DNA of 64,000 bases from an uncultured Chloroflexia bacterium (lineage in GTDB: Bacteria > Chloroflexota > UBA6077 > JACCZL01): NCBI GenBank assembly GCA_963765765.1, contig CAVXYC010000020.1, positions 480,001 through 544,000 of the forward strand, written 5' to 3'. The stretch's first letter is position 1; each line of letters opens with the position of its first letter. The notes below the pieces were generated by a model. It searched no databases. It was given only the letters and a program-made list of their open reading frames with translations, and was not told the origin of the DNA. This document shows positions 32,214 through 43,149 of this stretch, piece by piece. A program made the position numbers and the translations under genes.

Positions 32214-34170
32214 ATGCTCGAGACCTTTCTGGCTAGCTTTGGCAAGCTTCTCGATCCGCAGGTCATGCTCTTCATGATGATCGGGATCGTCATCGGTATG
32301 GTCGTGGGCATTTGCCCGGGCTGGTTCCACCGTGACGATGGCGCTGATGCTGCCGTTCATTTACAGCATGACGCCATACGAGGCTTTTGCCTTCCTGCTG
32401 GGCATGTATTCGGTCTGCGCGACCACGGGCGACATCACGTCCGTACTCGTCGGAGTCCCTGGCGAAGCCGTCTCGGCGGCATTGGTCGTGGATGGCTTCG
32501 CCATGACGAAAAACGGCGAAGCGGGCCGGCGCTCGGGGCGGCAGTATTCAGCTCGGCGATCGGTGCGTTGATCGGAGCCGCCTTTCTCGCGATCTCCATT
32601 CCCGTGATCCGACCGGCGGTCTCTTGCTCGGCCAACCGGAGCTCTTTATGCTCAGCGTGCTAGGCCTGTCCATGGTCGGAGCACTCAGCGGAAGGTCTCT
32701 GCTTAAAGGTATCGTCGCCGGCGGTTTCGGGCTCCTGCTGTCTGCAGTAGGAACCGAATCTCAGGTTGGAATCATCCGCTACGCGGGCGAGAATCTCTAT
32801 CTGCTCGACGGGCTTCCGCTCATTCCGATCGCAGTCGGGCTGTTGGGCCTCCCAGAGCTCATAAGATCTTCATTGCAAGCGAACCGCCATCGCGCGTCAG
32901 GGCCACGTCACCGGTGCCACAGCAATGCAGGGCGTACGCGACACGTTTACCCACTGGTGGCTTGTGGTGCGGTGTAGTCTCATTGGCGTTGTCCTTGGGG
33001 TCATACCGGGCGTGGGTGGCGGGCTCTCCCAGTGGCTCGCTTACGGACACGCCGTACAGAGCTCCAAGGATCCGAATCGATTTGGTAAAGGCGCAGTTGA
33101 GGGTGTGCTCGGGCCTGGGGCTAGCAACAACTCCAAAGGGGCGGCCACCTCATACCCACCGTCGCCTTCGGCGTTCCCGGGAGCGCGGCCATGGCCATCT
33201 TACTGGCCGCCTTCGTCATCATGGGAATTCAACCCGGCCCCAACATGTTGACGCGGAATTTGGACCTGACTTTCTTCCTTGTGTGGGTGCTGGTGGCCGC
33301 CAATCTGATCGGCGTCGCCCTGTCATTCCTGTTCTTGAACCAGCTTGCCAAAATCACGTTCGTGCGCGGAACGCTGCTCGTCCCTTTCATCACCCTGCTT
33401 ATCTTCCTCGGCTCGATGACCGCCACCGGACAGGTTGGCGATCTCGTTGTCACGCTGTTCTTCGGCGCCCTGGCCTGGACGATGCACAAGCTCGGATGGC
33501 CCGTGGTCCCATTGATCCTTGGGTTGGTCCTGGGCGATCGAGCCGAAAACAGCTTGTGGATCAGCAGTCGAATCTTTGGATTCAGTTGGCTTGGACGACC
33601 AATCGTGATCGCGCTCATCATCGTGGCTGTAGCAGCGATCATCTTCACGCTGACGAAAATGCGCCGCGGCGTCCAAATCGACGCGGTCGAGGATCCGCCC
33701 AACCTGAGGATTGCTCGCCTTGGCTTCAGTGTCGCGGTCTTTGCCACGGCAGTAGCGGCGGTCGTCGCGTCACTGGACTGGCCGGTGGCAGCCCGACTCT
33801 TTCCCATTGCCATAGGCAGTGTCACGGCGGTGGCGGCGTTCTTTCAAGTCATCTTCGACATGTTGAACTTAATTAGTGGGAGGAACAGCCAGCCTATCCA
33901 GAACCCGCCGAGAAGGCCGAAGCGTCGCGCGTGGAGAGACGTCGAACCGTCGAGATCTTCGGCTGGATGCTCGGACTCTTCGCGGCGATCTGGGCCGTCG
34001 GCTTCACATTTCTGGTGGCGCCGTTCATCCTGCTCTACCTTAAGCTCTCCGCCCAGGAGAAGTGGAAGACCGCACTCATCGCAGCTGGCGTCACGGGCCT
34101 GATTTACTGGGTGTTCTTCGACATGTTCTTGAATGTCTCAACGCCATCCGGTGCGTTGATTCCCTGGTAG
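32214..34170 (+). CDS. TctA permease with C-terminal TctB-like extension, frameshifted
   Basis: ITSVLVGVPGE, VDGFAM, GVIPGVGG, FGKGAVEGV, GIQPGP, PLILGLVLG; then ARLFPIAIG...GFTFLVAPFILLYL...FFDMFLNV. Confidence 0.8.
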
Positions 34171-34212
34171 CGGAGCTCGCGAGAGAATCCCAAGCATAGA
34201 TCACAAAGGATA

Positions 34213-34244
34213 GTCCCCGCCCCAACTAAGGTACGGGGGCTTTA
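34213..34244. terminator. Putative intrinsic terminator between convergent genes
   Basis: agtccccg...cgggggct followed by T-rich sequence. Confidence 0.45.
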
Positions 34245-34269
34245 CTAAATCTGATGAGGATTGATGAGA

Positions 34270-35473
34270 TCAGGCCGTGGCATCTCCCGGAGTCCGAACC
34301 TCTGGCAAGTTCACTTCATCCTTCAGGTGGAAGAACTCGATGCAGTTACCCTTGACCATCTTCTGGACCTCGTCCTCGGGAATGCCGCGGAAGTTCTCCT
34401 CCATGCTCTTGAGCGAGTTTGGCCAATCGGTCTCGCCGTGCGGCATATCGGACGCCCACATCACGCGATCCACGGGGCCCTCGTGATGAACCGCCCGCAC
34501 ACCCACCGGATTCCAGAGGAAACCCCAGTAGACGTGCTCCTTGATGTACTCGCTGGGCATGCGATCGAGCGGTTTCAGTCCGAGTAACTTGTCCGCCCAG
34601 CGATAGTGCCGCTGGTAGTGGTTGTCCATCTGCTCGAAAAAGTTCGGCAGCCAGCCGATCTGCGTCTCAGCTACATAGAGCTTAAACGTGGGAAATCGAT
34701 CAAAAACGCCGAACCAGAGAAGCTGGACCGCATGGATACTGCCGCGGAAGCCGTACTTGCCAAAACGCAGGATGACGTCGTTCTCGCCGTCCTCAGGCGC
34801 TCGCTCGTACTCGAACATCTTGCCGCGTCCGCCGTATGTACCGGATGGGAAAGCCAAAGTCTACGTGGATTGTGATCGGCATCTCGAGATCAACAGCCGC
34901 CGCCCAGAATCGATCGTCATCCTTGGTTGGGAATGACTTACCACTTGGGAAGGAGTTGAGCGTCACGCCAACAAGACCGAGCTCCTTACACTTCTTGAGC
35001 TCTGCGATGGCGGCGTCGACACCAATCTCGGGAATGACGCCAAGTCCAAGAATCGATCGGGAAATGCCGGGCAATACTCCTCACCCAGATACTCGTTGAA
35101 CGCGCGAACAACTGAGCAGTAGGCCTCGTCGTTACGAATACCGCGCCAGAGGTTCGGACCGGACACACCGGTGAACATGATCTCGGCGTCGATTCCATCC
35201 TGGTCCTGCTCACCGGACGCGCTGATCCGGCAGTCCTGTGCCAGGCGTTTCGGCGTAAGTCCCGCCGATGGTCAGACGCTCCCAGCCGCGCGTGCCGAAA
35301 TTGAGCCCGAGCACGTTCAGCGGCCGTCCTTCCACCATCAGCGCCTCGCCCATTGGGATTTTGATTGTGCGCGGCGCTCGGTCTCGATGCTTCGCGGGAA
35401 CTCTATCCGTCCAGCGCTCGGGCGGGATCTCGAGATGCGAGTCGGCGGAAATGTATCGATACGGACGGCCCAT
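34270..35473 (-). CDS. Amidohydrolase_2 family protein, frameshifted
   Basis: ISADSHLEIPP, EQDQDGIDAE, FWAAAVDLEMPITIH, GVFDRFPTFK, AETQIGWLP, VMWASDMPH. Confidence 0.85.
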
Positions 35474-35621
35474 GTCTCCTCCTCGGCACTCAGCCTCTGC
35501 TGACCTTGAGTTAACTGTCACGCTGGCCGGGATCATAGGTCGGGTGCCGATGAGCGTCAAGCGAGGCCATGGGGTACGGCGTAGATGAGTCGTACGAGTA
35601 CTCCACGGTTCAACCCTTTGT

Positions 35622-35727
35622 TTGTGGCGCTGAAAAATCGGCGATATACTGCCCGCCATCGACCGGAAGGCAATCAGGGCGCTGGCAGACGGAACACAGT
35701 GCGGATTGCTGCTGAGGGAGCCATTAC
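35622..35727 (+). promoter_or_regulatory. Conserved tctC promoter + structured leader, copy 3
   Basis: TTGTGG-17-TATACT, GGCGATATACTGCCCGCCAT, stems gcaatc/gattgc and gcgctg/cagtgc, GGGAGCC. Confidence 0.75.
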
Positions 35728-36967
35728 GTGCGACTGTCATTCTGGGTCTCTGTAGTCTCAACTGCGTTGCTAACACTGGCCTGCTCGCCCACGACACCGT
35801 CACCCACTGCCGCCCCGGCAAAACCGACGGCCGCGGCCGGCGCGCACCCGCCGCGTCCCCGGCTGCCGCGTCCTCACCCGCTGCCGCGGCATCGCCTGGT
35901 GCGGCAGCGTCTCCGGCTGCTGCAGGCGCCTCAACTGGCGGGGCGCCCGCCGCGTCAGCAAGCAAACCGGCTGTCGCGCCGGACTACTCGTTCTACGCGG
36001 GCAAAACCGTACGAATCCTGGTGCCCTTCGCGCCGGGCGGCGGGCAGGATATCACCGCGCGCCTGTTTGCCAGCAAATGGGGCGACTTCTTTCCTAGCAA
36101 ACCCAACTTTATCGTCGAGAACATGCCTGGCGCGGGCGGCGCCGTGGCCATGCGGGACTTGATGGAAAAGAAAGCGCCAGACGGACTTACGCTGATTCTG
36201 CCCGGATCCGGGGTTGCATTGCGATGGTTCCTCAAGGAGCAGGGTCACACCTACCCAATGGAAAAGATGCGTGCGATCGGGGCGCTTCCATCCGGACCCG
36301 TAAACGTGGTTCGGACGGACGCGGGAGATTCACTCGAAAAGCTGATCGGGCGAGATAAGCCATTGCGCAGCGGCCACAACGCGCCGGCGCGCTTGGACCA
36401 GTCGACGGCGCCTTGATGATGCGCATGTTGGGTGTGCCCATGGACTTCATCTACGGATTCGAGGGATACGGGGAGGTCGCCATCGCCGTGGAGCGCGGTG
36501 AGATCGAAAACTCGTCTCCTGGCATTCCTGGCTACCTCCAGACGTGGATACCAATGGCGGAGAGTAAGATGATCTATCCGCTATTCCAGCTTGGACAGCT
36601 CAACGAGAAGGGTGAGGTGGTGCGCAGTCCAATGCTCCCAAATGTCCCCACCGGATATGAGGAGTACAAGCGAGTTAAGCGCACCGAGCCATCAGGCGAG
36701 GACTGGGAAGCCTACAAGGTCCTGATCGGTATGAGTGCGCTGAACGGCGCAGTGCTGACTCATCCGGACTTACCCGCCGAGCGACTTTCCGCCCTTCTTG
36801 ATAGCTTCAAAAAGATGATCTCCGATCCGTCATGGGAGCCGGAGACGGTCAGAGTCCTGGGTGCGCCTACGCCGGCCGTCACCGGGGACGTTTCCGAGGC
36901 GTCTATGCAGGTAATGACCGAGGCGCCGGCCTCGGTCGTGGACTTACTCTTACAGGCCGGCAAGTAA
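35728..36967 (+). CDS. Bug/TctC substrate-binding lipoprotein, paralog 3, frameshifted
   Basis: Lipobox TLAC; same motifs; ends LLQAGK. Confidence 0.85.
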
Positions 36968-37040
36968 TCGCCGGGCTCGATCTTCATAACTACACTATTC
37001 CCTCACAGGTTCAAAGGGAGCCCTGCTATAGTGCCCACCC

Positions 37041-39278
37041 ATGACGGGCGACATGCGGAGCGAATTTAACTGGCACGAACCGCCGTCCGCGGATCGAGTT
37101 GACGGTGCCGAGAAGGTCACCGGCGCTGCACAGTTCGCCGCCGACGTGGCGCGGCCGGGCCTGCTTCTCGCCAGGGTCCTGCGAAGCCCCCACCCTCACG
37201 CGCGGATTGTACAGATCGACGCGAGTAGAGCGAGAGCGCTGCCTGGCGTGCATGCTGTACTCACTGGGCAAGATCTGGCTGACTACCGCATCGGGCGTGC
37301 AATGCGCGACATGCCGCTCCTGGCGCATGACAAGGTTCGCTTTATTGGCGAGAAAGTCGCGGCAGTCGCGGCCGAGGATGCGGAAATAGCCGAAGCCGCT
37401 TGCGCGCTGATCGACATCGAATACGAAGAGCTGCCTGCTGTATTCGATCCGCTTGCGGCTATCCAACACGCCGCGCCGATGGTCCACGACCCTGATCTCG
37501 TTCGGGCCTGGAAGACACCCACGCAGGTCGTGGCCGATTATCCAAACAGCGTCTCGATGCCCACGTGGGGCAATACGGTCGAAGAGCTCCAGCAGGAGTT
37601 TCTGCACTGCGCACACGTGTTTGAGCACACTTTCCATACGCCCAATCAGCACCAGGGTTACCTGGAGCCCCACACGGCCACCGTCGAGATCGACGAGCAA
37701 GGACGCGCCCACTTCTGGGCGTCCAATAAGGCGCCATTCCTGCTGTTCAACTACCTCAAGGACAGCATGGGACTCACGCGCAACGAGATAGAGTTCCACA
37801 TGCAGCCACTCGGAGGCGACTTCGGCGGTAAGGGCTCGTTCATGGACATCCCACTGGCGTACTTCCTGGCTAAGGCCGCTGGCCGTCCGGTGCGAATCAC
37901 CATGTCGTACGCCGAGGAGCTCATCGCCGGAAACCCGCGGCACGCCTGCACCATCGTCGTCAAGAGCGGTTTCGATGCCGATGGTCGAATTCGGGCCCGC
38001 TATACGCGGGCGTACTTCAACAGTGGTGCATACGCGGCATTCAAGCCAGCGCCCGACGCCACCCTACCCAACATCCGTGATGGTGGCATGGGCACATACG
38101 AGCCACCAGTCTGGCGGGTGGAAGGGCACATGATCTACACGAACACCGTTCCGTGTGGTCACATGCGCGCCCCGGGCGACGCCCAACCCTACCACGCACA
38201 GGAATGCCACATGGACCTGTGCGCACGGGCCATGGGCATTGATCCGCTGGCGTTGCGTTTCCGCAACGCCACCCATGACCGACGCGATCGATTCAAAGGC
38301 GGCTCCGGTGGAGGCGCGCCGCCACGAGCGACCGAAGTACTCCAGATGGCAGCGGAAGCCATTGACTGGGCTGCTCCGCGAGCCGAGGGCGTGGGACGCG
38401 GAATCGCCCTGGTTGGCATCGGCAACAGCGTTGGCATCTATAGCGCCGAGATCGTCGTCGAACGCGACGGGACCGTCGTGATGCGAACTCCGATGATGGA
38501 AAACGGTGCGGGACAGCTTACAGCGTTTCAACAGCTTACGGCCGAGGAATTCGGCGTGCCCCTGAGTCAAGTCCGCGTTGAGCAATCGCTCGAGAACATC
38601 GAGTTCGATCGGGGACTCGGCGGAAGTCGGATTACCCGAATGACCGGGAAGATTATCAACATCATCCATACGACGCTACGTAAGCGCCTGGCCGAACTTC
38701 TGGCGGCTGAGCTTGGTGTAACCGCTGAGGTGATCATCTCCGAGCCCGGCGGGTTTCGATCACCCGACGGCAGTTTTCACAGCCTCGCCGACGTCGCGGA
38801 TCTCTCCCCTGAGCCACTCTCCGAAGTGCTTAAGTACGAAGGCGCCAACGAGGATAAGGTGGAAGCATTTGCCGCGCAGGCGGTGGAAGTTCACGTGGAT
38901 CGCGAGACGGGCGACGTAAAGGTCCTTCGCGCAGTCACGGCCCACGAGCTTGGCCGCGTGATCAACCCGCTCCAGCACCAGGGTCAGATCGATGGCGCTC
39001 TGTTGCAAGGGTTCGGGTACGCGATGACCGAAGGGCTCGTTGTGGAGGACGGGCGCGTCGTGAACGCGGGACTCCATGAGTACAAACTGCCATCGATCGC
39101 GGACCTGCCGCCGCTCGAAACCTACAAGCTCCCACCTGACTTAAGGCTGGGCATCACGCCCATAGGCGAAGGCGCGAACTGTGGGATGTCCGCCGCGATC
39201 GTGAATGCCATCATCGACGTGGTTGGCCAGCAGGTGGAGATTCCCGTCAGCGCCGAAGCGATACGGAACCTACGGTAA
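37041..39278 (+). CDS. Xanthine dehydrogenase-family molybdopterin-binding large subunit
   Basis: KVTGAAQF, RSPHPHARI, HQGYLEPH, LGGDFGGK, GHMRAPG, GQIDG, IGE. Confidence 0.9.
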   Translation: MTGDMRSEFNWHEPPSADRVDGAEKVTGAAQFAADVARPGLLLARVLRSPHPHARIVQIDASRARALPGVHAVLTGQDLADYRIGRAMRDMPLLAHDKVRFIGEKVAAVAAEDAEIAEAACALIDIEYEELPAVFDPLAAIQHAAPMVHDPDLVRAWKTPTQVVADYPNSVSMPTWGNTVEELQQEFLHCAHVFEHTFHTPNQHQGYLEPHTATVEIDEQGRAHFWASNKAPFLLFNYLKDSMGLTRNEIEFHMQPLGGDFGGKGSFMDIPLAYFLAKAAGRPVRITMSYAEELIAGNPRHACTIVVKSGFDADGRIRARYTRAYFNSGAYAAFKPAPDATLPNIRDGGMGTYEPPVWRVEGHMIYTNTVPCGHMRAPGDAQPYHAQECHMDLCARAMGIDPLALRFRNATHDRRDRFKGGSGGGAPPRATEVLQMAAEAIDWAAPRAEGVGRGIALVGIGNSVGIYSAEIVVERDGTVVMRTPMMENGAGQLTAFQQLTAEEFGVPLSQVRVEQSLENIEFDRGLGGSRITRMTGKIINIIHTTLRKRLAELLAAELGVTAEVIISEPGGFRSPDGSFHSLADVADLSPEPLSEVLKYEGANEDKVEAFAAQAVEVHVDRETGDVKVLRAVTAHELGRVINPLQHQGQIDGALLQGFGYAMTEGLVVEDGRVVNAGLHEYKLPSIADLPPLETYKLPPDLRLGITPIGEGANCGMSAAIVNAIIDVVGQQVEIPVSAEAIRNLR

Positions 39279-39345
39279 GCTCGTAGAGAGCGGCGGAGGA
39301 ATGTGTAGCGCGGGGCACAAGACCCATAGGAGTACGCACCTTTCA

Positions 39346-40845
39346 TCACGGAGGCGTCACACTGGGGATTAGGCAGCCTTCGGCAGGGTCGTGCGCGGAG
39401 CGGGTCGTTCGAACGGGATGATGGCGGCAGGTGCCTGGTCCAGGACGTCCGACAGCGTGGTCAGATACGCGGTGATCCAGTTCTTGATCGCCGGATCCGG
39501 GCTCTCGAGTACGCACCGGCCGCGCCACCACCAACTCAGTCGATCCGTCGTTGCCCACCCCTCCAGGGCCTCCCGCACCGCCGCCGGGGTTCCCGTGGCA
39601 CTGAGTCCCAGCCCCAGTCCGATCTGGACCAGCGCCCCGAGCGCCCAGAAGCCCACGAGCGCATCCACCTCCGGTGCGTGCGTACAGCGTCCGACCACGC
39701 GGTCGAAGTGCCAGCCATGCTGCCCATCCCAGCCGCCCTGCAGATCCCGATAGGTCCCTTCGATGGCCCAGCGCTGCCCATACTGCGCCACCGCCACCAG
39801 CGGATTCACGGCGGTGGTGAACACCACCAGCCATTCGTCCCGACTCGCACCCTGGGATGTGCCGGCCCGTGTGTGTTCCTGGTGCTTCCGCCGCCGGGCG
39901 CCTTTCCGCGCGCGCTCGGCGAGGCTGGCCGGCCCGCGCTGGTGCGACGGCACCACCGCCAGCTCCCGTCCGGCGATCACCATCCAGCCGGTCACCGCCT
40001 CGGCGCCCGCACCGAACGCCACCCGCTGGATGGTGATCGCCGTGGGATCCGCGGCGTCCAGCAGCAGTCCGACCCGGCGGCACTGCCCGTCCGCCAGCGT
40101 TACCGCGTGGCGCGCCTGCAGCCGCACCGTCCAGTCCGCGCCGCCCTGCTGGAGCGTGCGGAAGAAGCTCTTGGCCGGAAACGCCCGATCCGCCACCAGA
40201 CACACGCGCACCCCCACCGGCCACGATCGCAGCAGGCGCGTCACCAGCCCATCGACGGTCGGGCGAAATCGGCCGCGCGGCCACGGATAGGGCAGCACCG
40301 CCCAGGCCAGCGGGATCGCCCGGCCCGGCACCACCAACCCGATGGTGAAGATCTCCCACGGTCCACAGCGCACGCTATCGAGCGCCACGAGCCAGGGAAC
40401 GCCCGGCGCCGGGGCGTGACCGGCCTGGTGCACCCAGGCCAACGCGGCAAAGATCAGGAACGGACTGAGCGCTCCGGAGGTCAACCCAGACCGGGTGCAG
40501 AGCGCGGCGGACGCTGCCAAAGCGATGCCGCGCGGCACGGGCACAGGGGGCCGGCAAGATCCGGATCACGGCACTCGGACGCCGGTCCTGAGCCACCAGC
40601 AGGGTGGCCAGCACGGGTGCCACCGCGGTCCGTGCGGTGGCGTGGCTGATGAGCCGACTGGACTGGAGCAGCCGCTCCAGCAGCGGGTACAGTTCGGTGG
40701 GCGTGAGCATCAGGGGACTCTCCCGGTTTCCACGGTGTGGATCGAAGACCCCCATGGTGCCGAAGACCTCCGACTCACCGCCCGCTGTTTTTCCCCCAAC
40801 GCAGCCTGTTCACCCGCTCCACAGCTGCTCGTGACGCGCCTGTGA
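39346..40845 (-). mobile_element. IS4-family insertion sequence (~1.5 kb)
   Basis: Terminal inverted repeats tcacggaggcgtcac / gtgacgcgcctgtga (12/15); visibly higher GC; DDE transposase inside; no target duplication seen. Confidence 0.8.
39369..40710 (-). CDS. IS4-family DDE transposase, frameshifted near the N-terminus
   Basis: VALDSV, GRAIPLAW, LVADRAF, YGQRWAIEGTYRDLQ (YREK-type motif). Confidence 0.85.
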
Positions 40846-40938
40846 CCAAACCGGCGCACTCCTATGGCACACGACCCCCGCGCTACCGACATCATCTGAG
40901 CCGACTCAGACTGCCGCGCATCATGGAGCCCCGCAAGT

Positions 40939-41682
40939 ATGCAATCGTCGCCACTCATCTACACCGATTACGCCGACTGGTATCACCTCTTCACCGCTCC
41001 AGAGGAGTACGACGAAGAGGAAGCAATCTACAGCGGCGCAATCATTGCCGCGTCGAGTACGACGCCCAGGACACTCCTGGATCTTGGCTGTGGGGGTGGG
41101 AATCTCGCCTGGCACTACAAGCACCGCTTCCAGGCCACGCTCACCGATATCTCCGCCGACATCCTGGAGCAGAGTAAATCGATCAATCCTGAGTGCGAGC
41201 ACCTGATCGGCGACATGCGCACGCTACGCCTCGGCCGCACTTTCGACGCGGTGCTCGTGCACGACTCCGTGATGTACATGACCACCGAGCAGGACCTGCG
41301 TCAGGCCATGGAGACCGCGTTTGTTCACACCCGACCGGGTGGCGTGGCACTCTTCGCCCCTGACTGCGTTCGTGACACCTTCAAGTCACGGACAGACCAT
41401 GGCGGAAACGACGGCGAGGGGCGAGCCGTTCGCTATCTGGAGTGGACTGGGGATGATGACCCGACCGACACAATCATCGAGACCGACTTCGTGCTCATCC
41501 TGCGTGAGGATGGACAGCCTCCTAGAACGGTTCACGATCGTCACATTGAAGGTCTCTTCTCGCGAGCAGAGTGGATGGAGTGGTTGGCGGAAGCAGGATT
41601 CCAACCAACGGTACACTCGTTGATTCACAGCGACGTGGAGCCAGGGACAGTGGAGTTCTTCGTCGCTGTGCGGCCGAACTAG
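40939..41682 (+). CDS. Class I SAM-dependent methyltransferase
   Basis: LLDLGCGGG, GDMRTLRLGRTFDAV, HTRPGG. Confidence 0.9.
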   Translation: MQSSPLIYTDYADWYHLFTAPEEYDEEEAIYSGAIIAASSTTPRTLLDLGCGGGNLAWHYKHRFQATLTDISADILEQSKSINPECEHLIGDMRTLRLGRTFDAVLVHDSVMYMTTEQDLRQAMETAFVHTRPGGVALFAPDCVRDTFKSRTDHGGNDGEGRAVRYLEWTGDDDPTDTIIETDFVLILREDGQPPRTVHDRHIEGLFSRAEWMEWLAEAGFQPTVHSLIHSDVEPGTVEFFVAVRPN

Positions 41683-41715
41683 TTGCCTGATACTCGAAAC
41701 GCGGGCCTGACCAAC

Positions 41716-42220
41716 TTACGACCTGATCTCTTCGGTCGATCGCAGTCTCTCAGCCGCGTCCAGCACCGCATCGACGATCTTGACGTAGCTTCCGCAGCGG
41801 CACAAATTGCCGGCCAGATATTCGCGTATCTCATCGACAGATGGCGCCGGATTCTCCTCGAGTAGGGCTTTGGTTGTGAGAATGAAACCGGGCGTGCAGT
41901 ACGAGCACTGGAATGCGGTGTGATCCACGAACGCTTGCTGAATTGGATGAAGCCCACCTGCATCACCGAGCCCCTCGATTGTGATGATGTCCAAATCCTC
42001 CGAGAGACTCGCTAAGCATGAGGCACGCGCTCATCGGTTTCCCGTTGACTATCACCGTGCACGCACCGCACATCCCGATGCCGCATCCCTCTCGAGCGCC
42101 GAACAGCTTCAGCTCACGTCGAAGGACGTCCAGCAGCGTCTCATCGAGCCCCACCGTCACTGAATGGGCAGTGCCGTTCACGCGAAGCTGAACGGTGGAC
42201 CGCATATCAGAGAGCGTCAT
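41716..42220 (-). CDS. [2Fe-2S] small subunit (CoxS/CutS-like), frameshifted
   Basis: GCGIGMCGACTV, ITTIEGL, QCSYCTPG, GNLCRCGSY. Confidence 0.9.
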
Positions 42221-43074
42221 ACTGCCGTCACCTGCTGAAGTGCGCGTCGAACGAAGACTCGAATCATCTCCTTGCGGTACCAAGATGAGCCCCGCAAGTC
42301 TGAAAGTGGGTCAATCTCAACGGCATATCGCTCGGCAATCTCGCTTATCAGCTCACCGGTCATCTGCTGGCCCAATCCTATTCGTTCCGCGGACGGAACC
42401 TCCCGCGGAGTCTCGTCCACCGCGCCCACGACTACACGAAGATCAGTGCAGAGACCATTAGCATTCTGATCCACAATTGCGCAGACGCCAACGCATGGAC
42501 GATCCTCTGACGACCGAGTGGTGAACTTCAGATAGGTCGCACGGGCTGTCGGTGCGAGCGGCGGAATCACGATGTCGGTCAAAAGCTCGTCCGCAGCCAG
42601 ACTTGTCTCAAAGAAACCTGTGAATAACTCGCTGAGTGGAATTTCTCGACGCCGATTCGGTCCAATCACACAAGCCCGCGCGCGGAGCGCAACGAGCACG
42701 GACGGCGGGTCGGACGCGTAGTCGGCTTCCGTCACGTTCCCCCCCACGGTGGCGGCGTTACGGATACGCACGTTTGCAACTTGATGGTACGTGTCGGACA
42801 ACGCTGGGAGGCGCTCGCGAACGAGCGGCGAGTGCTCAGCATCAGCCAGGGTGATCAAAGCGCCAAGCTTGACGGAGCCATCTTCTGTCGTTCCGATATC
42901 ATCCAGGCCTGAGACGCGGGCCAAACTGATAAGTACTTCCGGGGCAATCAGCCGGTTTTGTAGCATCAGCACGACCGCCGTCCCACCAGCGACTACCTTT
43001 GCCCCGTCGCCATGCTGCACTAGAGCAGCCACCGCCTCTTCGAGGGTCTCGGGCTTAAGCACCAGGCTAACCAT
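42217..43074 (-). CDS. FAD-binding medium subunit (CoxM/CutM-like)
   Basis: VAGGT, IRNAATVGGN, ASDPP, DLRGSSWYR. Confidence 0.9.
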   Translation of the reverse strand: MVSLVLKPETLEEAVAALVQHGDGAKVVAGGTAVVLMLQNRLIAPEVLISLARVSGLDDIGTTEDGSVKLGALITLADAEHSPLVRERLPALSDTYHQVANVRIRNAATVGGNVTEADYASDPPSVLVALRARACVIGPNRRREIPLSELFTGFFETSLAADELLTDIVIPPLAPTARATYLKFTTRSSEDRPCVGVCAIVDQNANGLCTDLRVVVGAVDETPREVPSAERIGLGQQMTGELISEIAERYAVEIDPLSDLRGSSWYRKEMIRVFVRRALQQVTAV

Positions 43075-43149
43075 CAGTGGCGCCGCTCCCACAATTCCAC
43101 GGATTGACCGCGACTGCCACCGGTTGTCTCCGACCTTGAATGCCAACGT

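Larger units (their letters stand above)
39305..40885. repeat. Long imperfect inverted repeat (GTAG-type REP-like arms) flanking the IS
   Basis: Left gtagcgcgggg...ccataggagtacgc; right gcgcactcctatgg...ccccgcgctac. Confidence 0.7.

Noticed and set aside
39346-40649. Long alternative ORFs (39346-40359 minus, 39678-40649 plus; likewise 13032-13922 and 37026-37943)
   Set aside because: Shadow ORFs of GC-rich real genes, with Arg/Gly/Pro-rich composition and no recognisable motifs.
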